Origin: Barthelona sp. PAP020
Lineage: Eukaryota
Reading direction: 5' to 3'
NCBI GenBank assembly: GCA_040182905.1
Contig: JARQWU010000019.1
Coordinates: forward strand, 62,001 to 84,320
DNA: 22,320 nt
The notes beneath the pieces are model-generated. The model did not search any database, was not told the origin of the DNA, and saw only the letters and a list, made by a program, of their open reading frames with translations. Positions within the stretch are counted from its first letter, which is position 1. Each line of letters starts with the position of its first letter. Both the position numbers and the translations under genes were made by a program. Of this stretch, positions 1 to 15,000 are shown piece after piece.

Positions 1-3000
1 AGAAGGTTCCGAAATAGTTGATAAATCATCCTTTTTAAATACAATTTCTCGACAAGTGGAAATGAATCCATAATTAATGAAAGAATGTATTTTAATTTCT
101 GGTCTATAAGCAAATGAACTACAATCAAAATAGATATTTCCTTTGTTTAAAAAGATACTTTTTGTTTCACTCAAAATATTTCGATAAATGTACATATCTC
201 CATAATTATAAAAAACTCCATCGTAAAGTTCCCATCTAGAATCAATATACATAATACCACTATTATTTAAATAAGCAGTAGGTCCAAATTCTACCATAAA
301 ATATTTGTTATGATTGGGATAATCATCTTGTAGTATATAGATCAAATTTTTATTAAATAAACGTACATTTTCGTGGAAATTTACCGGAGACTTTTTAAAA
401 GTCAAGATTCCATAATTGACTATGGCTAAATTATTGTGAAAACTAGAACTATCAACAACTAAAACATCAAGAAAATGTAATTCATCAGATCCATAAAATT
501 CAGTTCCATAAAACGTTACATTATACATATAAACGGGTAAACCAGTATCAAAATAAATATTTGAGTCAGATAACTCCAATTGAGTGCTATTAATGGAATT
601 GTGCAAATCAATATAATGAATAGTGGATGTTTTGACTATGGATTCCATACAATCGATACTAACATTGTCAAAATATACCACAGAGTTTACTATATACATC
701 TTATCCACAGTTATATTAGCAGTATTATTAAATACGATTCTACTGTTCTTAATCGTTAAAACAGAACAACCTGTAAAATTTCCATAAAAATCACCAGTAA
801 AACCATCCAATGCAAAAGTGCCTTCACATGCATTAATGCTGGTTTCATTTGCAAACGTCAAAGCTTTATTGATAGGAGTCACACTAACTGTCTCACCAGA
901 ATATTTGTTAACAATGTCACTTGACATAGCAATAATGTGCAAGAAAGAATCAATCGATTTGATGAAGAAATCTCCTTCATGATATCCACCTTCTCCAAAA
1001 ATAACTCTACCATCAACAATGTTCCAAACACTATGTATGTTTCTTGTATCAACAATGGATCTAAACGTTACTGCTGCACTATCATAGATACCAACATAAT
1101 TGAAATTTGTAAATTTATCGCCAACCATTAATGAACTCCCACTTATCTTAAATATACCAATATTCTCAAAATTATCAAACAATATAAATCTCTCTTGATC
1201 TCTGTGTTCTTCAAAAGTCATGATATCAAAACTATATTCATTTAAACTGTAACTGCCTAAATTCAAATGACAATATGCTCTCAAATTACCATAATTCAAA
1301 AGAGAAGAATTCTCTCCAGTCTGTGATAAGATAAAATTAGTTTCAAAGGATACTGTACCCAAAGGCATGTTGATAAATTTGGCATCATTTTCAATATTCA
1401 AGACTGCCCATGGCATTGAATCCAAAGTAACGTAAGATTTTTGTTCAACAAATTTCAACAAACCATAGTTAGTAATAACAGAGGAATATCCAAGATAAAA
1501 GTCAGAAATTTTAAAAACAGTTGATTCTCCGAACAAATTCATCCTGACATTGTCAAGAAATCCACCACCATACCATTGAAAGATAGAACTGACATTAATG
1601 ACATCATGCCCATCTCTAAAACTACTGTACATAATCATTTGATCAATAACAACATCATGAGAAGTATTGAATGTAATATTTGAATGTCTTATATCAAAAA
1701 TAGAAACATTTGCCAGAGTACAGTTATTGTCAAAAATCAATTTCAAATTGGTAACAAAAATGTCACTAATATTAATAAAAGATGGTTCTGAAAAACTCAT
1801 ATTACTCAAAGTACCAACTAAACTGTCAGAGATAGTCAAATTACCTTCACAAAATAAATCAATGTACCCTCTGAAAGGATACAATATAACAACAGGTTTC
1901 TCTAATTCAGGTATCACCATTGAACCATCTTTTATCCAAATGAAACCATGTTTTGTTATTGAAAAATGATGTAATCCTAACACATCCATCCTGGGGAGAT
2001 AATCATCTCCAACAATCAGATCCCCTTTGTGAATAATTAAAGTACCATCAATATCAGCACCATCAAATATAGTAACATCGCCGGTCTCCACTGACAGAAC
2101 AGATCCTTCAAAAGTTTGAAGAATAACACTGAATGTAGAAATTGAAGCTGGTGATAACACATTTATTGTTCCATTATTTTGAAAATATGATCTAATAGGC
2201 TGTTGATTGTAATAATACTTATAGACTAACACATTGTCTTGGTATGTTGAATATGACCTTAACGAAATTGTTTCCGGGGTAGCTTTCAAATTTCCAGTAC
2301 AATTCATCAAACCGTTGTTAATGAAATACCCTCCTCTGTAAAAATCAATAGAACCAACATCATGATAATCAATGAAACCCTCATTGATAAATTTTCCATA
2401 ATAGTTGATGCTGTGTTTACCAAATCCTGATATTTCTGCTTTTTTCATGTTAACTACATTAGTATATTTTTGACTGATAGTTCCTTGAGTCCAAATCAAT
2501 TGTTCATCAATTTCTAAACGATAATCCTTTGATCCTCGAATTTCACCACCATAAAACCATACATAATCAAAAGAAATGATAGGCATTCCAGCAACATGGA
2601 AAAATCCTGCTTTCAACAAAAGTTCTTTTGGCTTTAATTCATTTTTCATCAAATACAAATATATACCACCACCTAACAATTCCAATTTATCAAAATATCC
2701 TTCAGAATCAGTTTGGAAACTCAAAAATCCAGCAGGAATCTTTAAAATTGACATGTTGAAATAACTATCTTTTTGCATATATATATATGGTCCACCAGAA
2801 TATCCAATATTGTACCAGCAGAAATAATAAAAAGTTTGGTATACATACTTTCTCAAAGTATTTGAATATACACGTCGATTCACAGAACACATACGAGGTT
2901 GTTTGGGTGATTCACGTTTCCAATCTAACTTGGGTAAATTGTCAAAGGGACCTTTCAGTTCATCAGCAACAGATATATTTCCATACATTTTACAATTTGC

Positions 3001-6000
3001 ATGATAGCAGGCTTTTTGTTGCCATGTGCCATTATTATAAAGGATTAAACTACTATTCACTGCCATTGATAAACCTCCCTTTGGGTTAAACGTACCTTTA
3101 ACATGAATGGTGTTGTCTTTAAGAATGTTGATAGAACGATCAAAAATGAAAAAATTTGCCTTATAATCAACAACTAAATCAGCTCTTAAATCAAACACTA
3201 ACTCTTGCTTACTAATTGCATAGGTTAAATACCCAAATGTCGAAGAGTCATCACTTGATGGATTGGGAATAATCCACTCTTTCTTTGCTGTCTCCCAGAA
3301 TTCAAAATGACACATTGGTTTATGTATACTCAACATCAAAGGATCAGGTGGATTATTTGAGCACCAAGTACTTCCACTCTTACATCCCAATTCCCAATGT
3401 CCAAATTCGTCAGCATAAATCACATTCCCATCTTTGTACATTGTTGATTTAGTTGTCATACTTCCAAATATTATAGCACTTGATCCTTGCCAAATTATTG
3501 TATTCGATGCATTACATGCATAAATAGTGAAAGAATCATGCACAGACAAAGTGCCATTCAAAATCAATGTATGTCCAGAACCCATTATATGTTCCTCTGT
3601 ACCATTAAACTTTGATTTACCTGTGACAGTTGTTTTGGAAGGTCCAAGAAAACCTCCTGCTTCCCAGATTAATTGTTGAACAACAACATTATCGGTACCA
3701 TCTCTCCAACCACCTTTAAGATTAAGCCTAGCAAAAGACAATTCAGAACCTGTATCAAAGATAACATATCCACCTTCAATAATTATCTCATCATACTGAA
3801 CACTTTGGGAAATTTTGTTAAATGAAGTAACACCACCAGTAACTTTCAAAGTTTCCATAATCATGACGTCATCAAATTCATCAAAATAAATACGTCCAGT
3901 CAAAGCAGTTTCAGCTGATTTGACAAACCATTCACTTCCACTTGAAGACTTTACTTGTTTGAGATAGATTGCACCAGCGGAACAATATAGGGAATTGATA
4001 GATATTGTACAACCATAAAAATATAAGTTAGAATCCACAGTTTGTTCAATGTATTCTCCCATATCATACGTACCATAGATATAAACAGATGTATTTTTAA
4101 AATATGATAATAGACCAAAACCCGAAAGTGTACCATCTGTTGAAAGAGTAAAAAAACCATCTTCAGGAATTACTACCCTTGAATTGTATCCCATAAAAAC
4201 AGTTGAAGAAATATTGGAGTCATTCTTCACATAAAGATTACAATACGAATTAATGTTCACATGAGAACCAACATAATAAATTGTTTCTGGCATTTCAAAA
4301 TCGCAATAGGGATTAAACGTACCATACAAATGGAAAAACAATGGATAATCGTTTGACGTGAAAGGAACAAAATGAATTGCAGGTTGATTTGTAATATTAA
4401 CTGTACCAGCAGCTTGAATGGTAAAGTTTTCAAGGCTTATAAGATTATTTCCTGAAAAAATGCCATTTGAAATAACTTGAAAATTGGATAAATATTTTGT
4501 GTAATTATCTCCAGCAATATAGATATCATTGACCAAGAAATTATCCAAAGTACCTTTATACATTTCTAAAATATCAATGTGAAGTTGATCTTCATTTGTT
4601 ATAACGCCACAATCCAATTTGAGATAAGAAATTCTAACGTGTTTTAAGTAATAATCCGAATAATCACTGGTTTTTCCATAATAAGAAGCAAGGAAATTCA
4701 TTTGTGTCTTCTCAGTTAACCATAACTGATAGATATGTAAATAATACAGAACATCAACATCATGTTCCATATTCATCCAAAATTTGAATACACCACCATC
4801 TGTAAAATGCAACAATTCATCAGGCTTTGTGATAACTCGATAAGATCGTCTAAATTGATGATAGAAATGATAGCAATTCTCATTACTTTGATGATTACTC
4901 AATACAATATCATTTGAAGGATTATAATACCATATACTAGAATCAGTATTGGGTGTACATTTGAGAATAGGATCATATTGTTCAGATGCATTGTACATCG
5001 ACTCATAACCTAATATTACACTACCACCTTGAATATCAATCTCTTGAATATTATGAGTGCCATAATACATACTGAATAATCCTTTGTTTCTAACAATAAT
5101 CTTTTCAGGATAAAAATGTCCTCTTATTTGTACTCTATTCAATGAAAATGGATTAATATTGTGATTTTGAAAGATAAAGGTTGATTTTGAAGGATAAATT
5201 ACAGCATCATTATAAGTTTGAAGATAATGACCATCAAATGTAACAACTGAACCTTCGGATGTATTGAAGACATTATTACCATAGAAATATACTGTAGAAT
5301 TAAAAGTTGTATCTCCTTTCAAGATAATAAACTCAGAACGATCATAAAAATTTAAACATATGTTCCAAAAGAATCCATCATACGCAATCAACTTTGAATA
5401 TTGTTTAAATCCGAAATTTAATCTGTAAGATGTGGTAATGATATTCTGATACAGATGAAGAATGCTTGAATCATTAAAAACAATGTTGAATATGAAATCA
5501 TCATCGTTAACATTCCATTCATTACTGATGTTCATATAGTGTTGTACGTTGACCGAAACATCATTTATTTTATAAAATGATGAACCTCCTGTAATATTGA
5601 AATTATCAACAGTCAATATTGAGTGATGTTGTTGAGTACTTCCTGAATTTCCCAGAATACCACTTTGCCACACAAAATTGGTGATTTCAATGATAGCTTT
5701 GGAACACGAAAAATTACCCTCTCTGAAATCAAAATGATCAACTTTCAATGAAGAAGAAATAACAGTTATTGAATTGTTCCAGAGTTCAATTTTAGAAAAA
5801 TTCATTAAATTTTCAACAAATGAAAAGATATATAAACCATATTCTGTGTTTAGTTCATTCAAAATCACTGTATTTGCTGTTTTAATATTTAAAACGCCAA
5901 GAATTTGATGATCTCTCAAATAAATAATATCTCCTTTTTCAATCAACAATTTGTTAATCATACCATGATCAATAAAGACAGTGGAATAGTTATAAATATG

Positions 6001-9000
6001 TATCTGCTTATTTGCTGCAGCAGAATTCCAAGAATTTACTGTCAAACTTAAATTATTAAAAGAAACATTCCCCAATGAATTATCAAAATATTCATCAATA
6101 AACAAACTACTTCCATTCATATCAATGATTCCCTCATTAATATTTTGCAATTTACCAAACTCAAGTTTAATATCCTCAATCTCAAGTTTACCTTCACTTG
6201 TAGCATCAATAATTCTATTAATTTCATTCAAACTTCCCAAATTTTTCAATTTTAATGTACCTTTATTGATTAATTGATAATTTGTAAAATTTTTAGCAAT
6301 AATATCCAAAGAACTATAACTACTTGTAATATTGATAACATCAATTTCAAAAATACAATCAGATACAAAGGATAAATGACTTTCACCTTGTAAATATATA
6401 CTTTGCATTTTGAAAGTAGGACATAACGAAGCAAAATGAACATCACCAGTATACATTTCAATCGCTTTGAAAGCATAAGTAGCAGATTCTCTGAATATAA
6501 TACCTGCTTGAGGATTATCATAATAGAACAATGATACGTTATAGAATCCGTACACATCCAAAGCTAAATTTGTGAATTTGATTGGAATACCTGTTATTGT
6601 TCCATCTATTTCAATAAAAATTGTATGTGGGGAAGTGTTTGGATCCTTCAAAAATCCAGTTTCTTCAATATATAATGTACCATGAAGATCCAAGTCTCGA
6701 AGAGTATAAGCAGTTGCAAATAACCTCAAAATTCCTCCATTTTTGATATCACCCAAAACAAATTTCAAATATCCTTCTTTAAACAAGGTAACATATCCTT
6801 GATTTTCGACAATCAAAGATTGAACAGTTGAAATCTCTCCAAAAACATTCAAATCACCAAAAACCGTCAATTTTGAAAAAGACTCAATGGTTGCATTTTG
6901 ATTGATATTTAACACTGAGCCTTCATATAAAACTGAATTTCTAAGAACAGATTTTAATACAGAATTCGTTTCCATATTCCACTCCCCATAATTTACAATT
7001 ATTAATGGTGGCTCAAAAACAGTATTAGGTAATTGTTTCACAACCCCATAATTGTGTATCTCATAAGCAATATTCCCTCCATGCAGCTCTTTTGTTGAGT
7101 TTAAAATTATTGTACCACGATTGATAATGACTGTTTGATATGAATCACCATAATAATGGTGACTCATGGCCAATTGCTCAAATCCCATTGTATTATTGTT
7201 AACAATATAATGTCTGGCTGCAACGTTCCAATATGAATCATTTTTTAGTGGCACAAACTTATCAAATTCTAAATATGACTGATGAATAGCTTCAAAATCC
7301 CCAAATTGAATTTCCTTACTTATCAAACGAGCATAATCAGCAACAAATTTTGTTGAAGCATATATATTATCAACAAATGCTGTTTTTGTCAAGGATTCTA
7401 TCAAAGAACCAGTAGAAGGACCTCTGATCGATACTGTAGGAGCTATTAAATACTCCAATTGAACATTTGTGGATGAAAAAATATTAGCACTTGAAAAAGA
7501 AGTGATATTAAATATTTGAACTTGCAAACAATTATTACAAGACAAAGTGACATCAGTTGCTGTTGCAAAATCAAATTCTGAATGGGCATTTGAACCATCA
7601 ACATTAATAACCAATGAATTCTCCATTACTATATTCATTCCAAAAGATCCTTTGTTAACAATCTTACAACTACCACCCTTTAATATTAAATCTGATGATG
7701 TTGCCAAAAATTCTCCAGTGGAATATACTGTTATGGTTCCTGAATTACAATAAAAATCATCTAGAATGTATAAGGATCCATAGATAATAATGGAACCACT
7801 CATAGCAAAAGTTTTATGAAAATAAACTTTAGCTGATGGTTCAATAAGAAGATTAGGAGAAAATGAACTCATTGCAACGTCAGATCTTAATCTCATAACT
7901 CCTTTGATATCAAAAATAAATTGATTAGCTAATGAAACAAAGAAACCATCAGTAAAGTCCCCTTCTAAAGTTGCCTCAGGATTAATGGTAAACGTACCAT
8001 ATTCACCTAAATATTCACCTTGATCAAAAGAACAACTATGATTACAGACAAAATTACCTTGTAAAATTTTTTGCCAATCAGTTAACATTTTAACACAATC
8101 AAATTCAAAAAGTTTTGACGGTGAATAAATCTTTCCAGAAGAAAATTCAAACAATGAAATATGCTGTGAACTAAAAGTTGAAATTAATGTACTAAAACCA
8201 TATTGCTCAATTTTATTAGAAATAATTGTGTTGATACTTAATTGAGATGTTCCTGAGATCAAGTGTATTGAAGTAATATTCATGGAATTTGCTTGAACAA
8301 CAGCATTCTTTGATGAACTAGATAAATCAACGCCATTAAAAGAATTGATTCTTAACCAATTCAATTTACCGTACCATTTCATATTTGTTGAACATTGAAT
8401 TATATCATAATCACATACATAAACAATATCATTAGACATTTCAATAGACCATTCTTTAAAAAATAACTGTCCATTCATTGAATTATTCTGATTAGTTAAA
8501 CATGAATATTCAGAAGCATTTTGAAAACCAGAAAGTTGAATAAATCCCACACTTTGAATTTTATTTCCAACAATCATTTTAGGTACAAATAACTTCAAAC
8601 TATTGTTAGAATGAACAAAATTATTGCCAACTTGAAATAAAATGGGTGAATCAATGTATGTTTCAGAATCAATGTGATTCAGATCATTATCAATAATAAT
8701 TGATGATGTAAACATATTAAAGTTTGAATTTTTGATATCCAGATTGGCTTTTATGTGAATAGAATCAACCACTTTAAAAAGAACATTTGTATCAATAATT
8801 GAAATGCCTTTTGATATTATATCAAGTGATAACGATTTGAATATGATAGAATTATCCAAAGTCAATTGATTTTCAATGATAAATTGCTTTGTTGTAAAAT
8901 CACCATTTCCCTCAAATTGCACATCAGAACGGTTCAAATATATACCCTCAATTATTGAACCAATATCATGAATAGAATAAAAGGAAGAATCTTCAACAAC

Positions 9001-12000
9001 TAATTTTTGTCCAACAAAAAGATTCTTAGGTAATATAGACACAGTAGAATGATTGGTAACAATAAAATTCCCTTTGGTTTCAAAGCAAGAGATGTTAACC
9101 ATGTCAATAATTGAATTATCAAGAATAAAATCTTGGTATATTGTCAAATTCCTAAGAACATTTACAGTTGATGCTGAAACAATGACAGATTTCCAAATAA
9201 TGTTTTGTACATACAAATGAATATCAATGTCATTGAAGATTATTTGAGAAGATTGAGATGCTTCAAACAAATTTAAATCAAAGATGCCATTTCTCATATC
9301 AAAATAAGTTTTTGAAATATTTAAAGTTTTTAAACCAATTAATGTATTATTATGGAATTTTAAATATTTTAAATCTGGTCTAAAACTGTTTGTTTGAATA
9401 TTTTCAACAATCAATTTTGAATCCATAAAATATGAGTTTTTATGATACTCTTGATCAACTAATAAACAATTTCTTCCTGCTAGATCAGAATTAAAGACAT
9501 AAATATAAGTATTTTCTATGATTATATCCTTAAATTCATAACCTATCTCAAATTGATGAGATTCATCATTTCTACAATCAATCAACTTCAAATATGAAGA
9601 TTGACTTGTATAAATATCATTCAATCTGTGTTTTGTATTAAACATTTGCAAATTGGAATTGATTAGTCTTAATTTCTCAAACAAATAGAAATTCGAATCC
9701 TTTATTGACATCCACCCACCAGAAATAATTGTAATTGATGTGACATTATTCATATTTACGTTTGTTAACTCAACATGACTCTTTACAATATAAAGATTTT
9801 TTAAATCATTGAATGTCCCTTTATTTAAAATGAATTGACTATTCTCACATTCAAAAGAAGATAAGCTTGCAGAATTGAATTCACTTATATTCCAAGTATC
9901 TGTAAAAATAGTCATCCTTTCAAATGAACTTCCACATTGTATGATAGACACTGTTCCAATAACATTGTTCGTTGACCATTCAATCAGTCCATCAAAAATA
10001 ATTCTTTCAACAACAACATTACCATCAGTCAAATTAATTGACTGCAATGACGTTGATTGTAAATACACACAATTCCAATCAGTATTGAAAGATTCAAAAC
10101 TAACTAGATAATTGGAACTGATACCGGTATTGGATAAACTAAAACTACTATCATTAGCTTTGAATATTTCTAATTTTGGCATAACTAATGTAGAAACAAT
10201 GAATAAAGAATCAATAGATGTGAAATTTCTTAAAATGTCAAATTTCATTTGAGAAACTTTAAAAGTAGCATCAACAGATGTAAAAGCAATGATAGACATC
10301 GAAGAAATTTCGTCTCCAGTCAAAACACCCCTTTCAATGGTCAAATTTGATAAATGATGCAAAATAAAAGTATCAAAACTCCAATCAGTGAGATCACTAG
10401 TAATTGATATCAATTCTGGAAACGTAACATTAAGAGCATTGAAAGTTTTTGAAAACAAATCAAGATTTTTCAAATTCTTAAAAATACTGTCATAAAGGTT
10501 CAATTGATAATTTGTCTCACCACCTGCGCTCAAAGAAATCAAACCATTCATTTGGGTATACTTTTCAATGGTTGCAAAAGAATTTAATATTTTCAAAGAT
10601 TCAAGAGCATTCCACTTTGAATCTTGAATAAACAAAAAAGAATGTTCTTCAATAATCATCGAAGTCGCATTGCTATTGCAATTTTCAAACGTAATGGACG
10701 AATGATCACCAAAAGAAACATCTTTCAAATTAGTTGTAGAAGATTCACATTTGAAATGTGATGATGATGCTGTATTTATTGTTGAAATGTTAGAAACAGA
10801 GTTTATCAAGAAAAATTGAGAATTGACAACATTTAAAGTGCTAATGTTGGTAAATGAACTCTCAATTTTTGCAGGAACAATCAGATAAAGAGATATAGTT
10901 TCAACATATAAATGACAGTTGGAAATAGTCATAATTGCAAGTCTTCTCAAATTCATATAATTACAAGAAAAATTTTGAACATTAGATAATCGAAGATCAA
11001 CGTTTTCGTAATTCAAACCATCTTTATAAACACTAGGTGCATAGAATGTTCCACCATTTATTGTGAAATCTCCAGAATGAGTTAAATAAACATCGGTACT
11101 GATTTCAACAACAGAATCTTTTGAATAAAAAGTTTGAAAACGATCACCAGCTTTCAAATATCCACTGGATCTGAAAATTGAATTTTCCAAGGAAATGGTA
11201 ACCGCAGTCACCCAATTGTTTGTTTTATCAAGTGTTATATTTCCACATGAATAAAAATTCAAGGAATTAACATTTTCTACAGAAGGATTATTGAAAAAAA
11301 CGTGGTCATTGCCATCATGTACAGACAAAACCAAATTATTCATGTTAATCTTTTGAAAATCAACGCTGGGTGAAAATATGGTACCATCACAATGGTCACT
11401 ATCAAAATCATTGATTAATACTGAATTTGCAACAAACACAAATGAGCTATGTCTGTTAAAACCAATATGTGAAATATTGAACCTTGAAACAACAAAATCT
11501 TTCAAAGGTGCATTAAGAACCCAATATAGTCCATAAGATTCAACGGATCTGAAAGTAAAATTAGAACAAGAATTGCATTGCCAATTTAAAGATGTAATTT
11601 CATCTGATTCGCCACTAGTTTTCCTTGCTTTGATATCTAGAGTGTGAAAATCTGCTCCTTCATATATATTCCATGTAGTAGATACTTGTGTGGACCCGCA
11701 AAGCTCATTTGCTTCATTTTCCACATACAATTTTCCATACACATTCAAAAAATACCCACTAATCTTACATACAGTCACATTAGCATTAGCACCGACTGTT
11801 AAACGTGAAGATGATGATGTCGAAGAAATAATCAAGTTTTTTGCTGAAACAATGATTCCTCCGAAATTGATTGCCTTGTAGCCAATAATTGTCTTCAAAA
11901 TTTCTTCTTCTTCCATGGATAAAGAACCATCAAAGTTCATATTAGAATAGAGGAACATAACACTGTTTGTTGATATTACTTCATAATCAGAAATAAAGTT

Positions 12001-15000
12001 GGAGAAAATGATAGTTTCACTTTCATTGGAAGGTTCAAAAGTCTTGGACTTTTTGAGTACAGAATTTCCAACCAAAGTAATTGAACCTGACATTCTATGG
12101 TTCTCTGAATCATACGGCATTTCATAAAAGTAACCAAATATATCAATATTTCCATTCAAAGTGAATATTTGTTGATTACTTATGAATGAAAAACGAGTTT
12201 GAATAAGCGCTACATCACAGTACCACACATTTTGTGAAACTAACTGAACAACATTAATTAAATAAGCCTTTCCTGTTGGATTAATATAACTTTCAAAACG
12301 TACATTCTTTAGAACTAATTCTTCAGTAACATTTATCTGAACGTTATCACATAATAACAATACATCATACCATGCTCTTTGCATTGAAGAATGAATGGAA
12401 CGTTCATCATTGAGATACAACTTTTCAAAATTGATTTGATGAGAAACTCCCAATAACTTGAATTGAGGTATTGATGATGAATAGAAATCATCTGCTTGAA
12501 CTACAACAAAGCCTAAATGCAAATCAGTCAAAGGGGTTTGAACTATAAAAGTAGACTGGTCCGTTACAAACAGATACTCAAAATAGGGACTAATTTGTGA
12601 ATTGGAAAAACGTGAATATGAATTGGCTTTGGCTTCAAAACTTTGAAAATATTGTTTTGCAGAATTACTGATTCTTAGATTACCATTGTCCAAATTCTCA
12701 TAACTTTCAAATGTGGTCGGATTCAAAACATTGGAGAAATACACAGCACCACGTGATACAACATGATTGATCAACCAATAATCATCTAATCCAGGTGCAG
12801 AATTTTCAAACCAAAGAATACCTCCATATTTCACAGAAATGTTATCAATGGTCAAATTTCCCACACCAATGATACTTACTTTACTTGTTGACGATAATGC
12901 AGTGGAATAATCAATATATAATGAGTGAATATACAAACTTTCCAAATCATTGAATTCTGCTTGACCATTCCTCACAACAACATCAATAATTTCGACATCA
13001 GCAACAATGGCAGGGTGAAAACGAATTTCACCATCTAATAATACAGTAAGATCATTGATTATCCATTTATCAACATTGGGCGTCTCATCAAAAATAATTT
13101 TTCCTTTTGAAACACTAATAGAATGAAAGTCATATATACATCCGGGTAACATATGCAAGATTCCTCCATCAATAATAACAATGGAGCCGATTTCCCAACT
13201 TCCAGCGAATCGTAAATAACCACCATCGGCAACAAAAACCGAAGAACCAAAACCTATTAATTTGACATCATAATTGATGACTGTTGGACCATTGAAAATA
13301 ATAGATGAAGCTGCTTCACCATTTGATGTGTTTGAAAGCAGAATATCTTCAAAAAAACACATTTCAGAGGGAAAAGTAATTGAAGAACCGGGTTTAATAA
13401 TCAAACTTCCTAACAAGAATAATCTGAAATCAATAGTGATAATAGAGTCAACAATTAAATCCCCGGATATTTTTAATGAAGGTAAAACGTCAACAGAAGC
13501 ATCACCATATGTAACTGCATATGTTATTGTCTGTGAATCTTCAGCACCATCTGCAAATGCAGCTCGCACAGAACCCACACCGACAAATCGAATTCTGGAT
13601 TGAAATAAAGTTGTTCCCAACTCTATTCTGACATAGTCACCAACTTCAAATAAAGAATCATATCCGACAAAAGAATAATTTCCTTTGAAAAGAATTTCAA
13701 CGCCGGTACCAACTTTGTGAGTTTGAGCTGCATTCATAAACAAATAATCCCCAATGACATTTAAAATAACATAAGAATCAATGGTACCACCTAAAAATGT
13801 GGCACTATTAGAAATATTAAAGAAACAAGGTCCATCAAGATAGCCAGAAACCATTGTAAAATTAACAATGTCAATAAAATCAATATTTAGATAAGCCTGT
13901 GAATCGCTCAAATAAAATTCCCCTGCACTAATCTGATTAAAATCCTGAATTGTCAAACTAGATTGATCTTCTGCTCTAAACAGGTTCAGTTCCAACTTAT
14001 CAGCTAACAACAAATGTTTACAATCTATGATGGTCAAATTGGACTGACTAAGCGAAATACCATTTAAAACCATGTTACAGTGTTGAAAAATAAACTCAGT
14101 ACGGTGTAAATGAACCTTATCTACAACTTTAATTGTACCTTGAAACAAAATGTAAGTATAATCATTTGACCAAACCATACCTGTATCTGCAGTTGATTCA
14201 AAATATGTATGTAAACCAAATTCATAATGAGTGTTCAAAAGTTTCAACCCAGATAACTCACCATACATCATGATAATACCATCAAAGTACGCATTTGGAT
14301 GAACAGTCCAATATGAGTTATTTAAATATATTTCTGAAGTTGATGTAATGACAGGCTTCAAAAACAAGTGAAAATTACTGTTGTACATTTTCCAAATACC
14401 CTTTTGAGTAAAAGTAGAATGAACTAAATCGGTCGAAACAAGAGTTAAATCACCATGGGTCTCAACAGTTGCATTTTCAGCAACTGTAATATACCATCTG
14501 GGACCATCCATTGAATATGTAGATGGAATAAACCAATACTTATTGATTAAAAACGTTATAGAGTGACTAAAATGAACGTTGGTATCAATAGAGAAAAAAT
14601 CAAAATTAAAAGAAGCACTGCATCCAGATTCTGTTACATATATTGAGCCCATTTCTGAATTTCTTAACTTTGCATATTCTGCATTTGTATGACAACCCGT
14701 ATAAAATTTAGAGTTGTTGAAAAACAAAAACTTGGTTGTGAAAACGTTAGCTCTTTGATAAAAACTAATTTCATCAAACAAAACAATTCCAGGCATCTCT
14801 AATGTAGATCCTTTTACCAATAAACTTCCCTGAAGAAATTCAGTCACATCAAGTGTTGTTGCTTGATCGAACGAATAATTACTGAAAATATCTTCCAAAT
14901 CATAAGTATTTGTTCTATCCATGCTGATGGTGGCAGTTTGTGATCTAGAATCAATTACCCAATCAGTGTTATATGATAATTTTAAATTTAAAAGGAAATC

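Noticed and set aside
2777..2788. (AT)6 microsatellite
   Set aside because: Short, in frame within the CDS (encodes YIYM) and unremarkable at this base composition.
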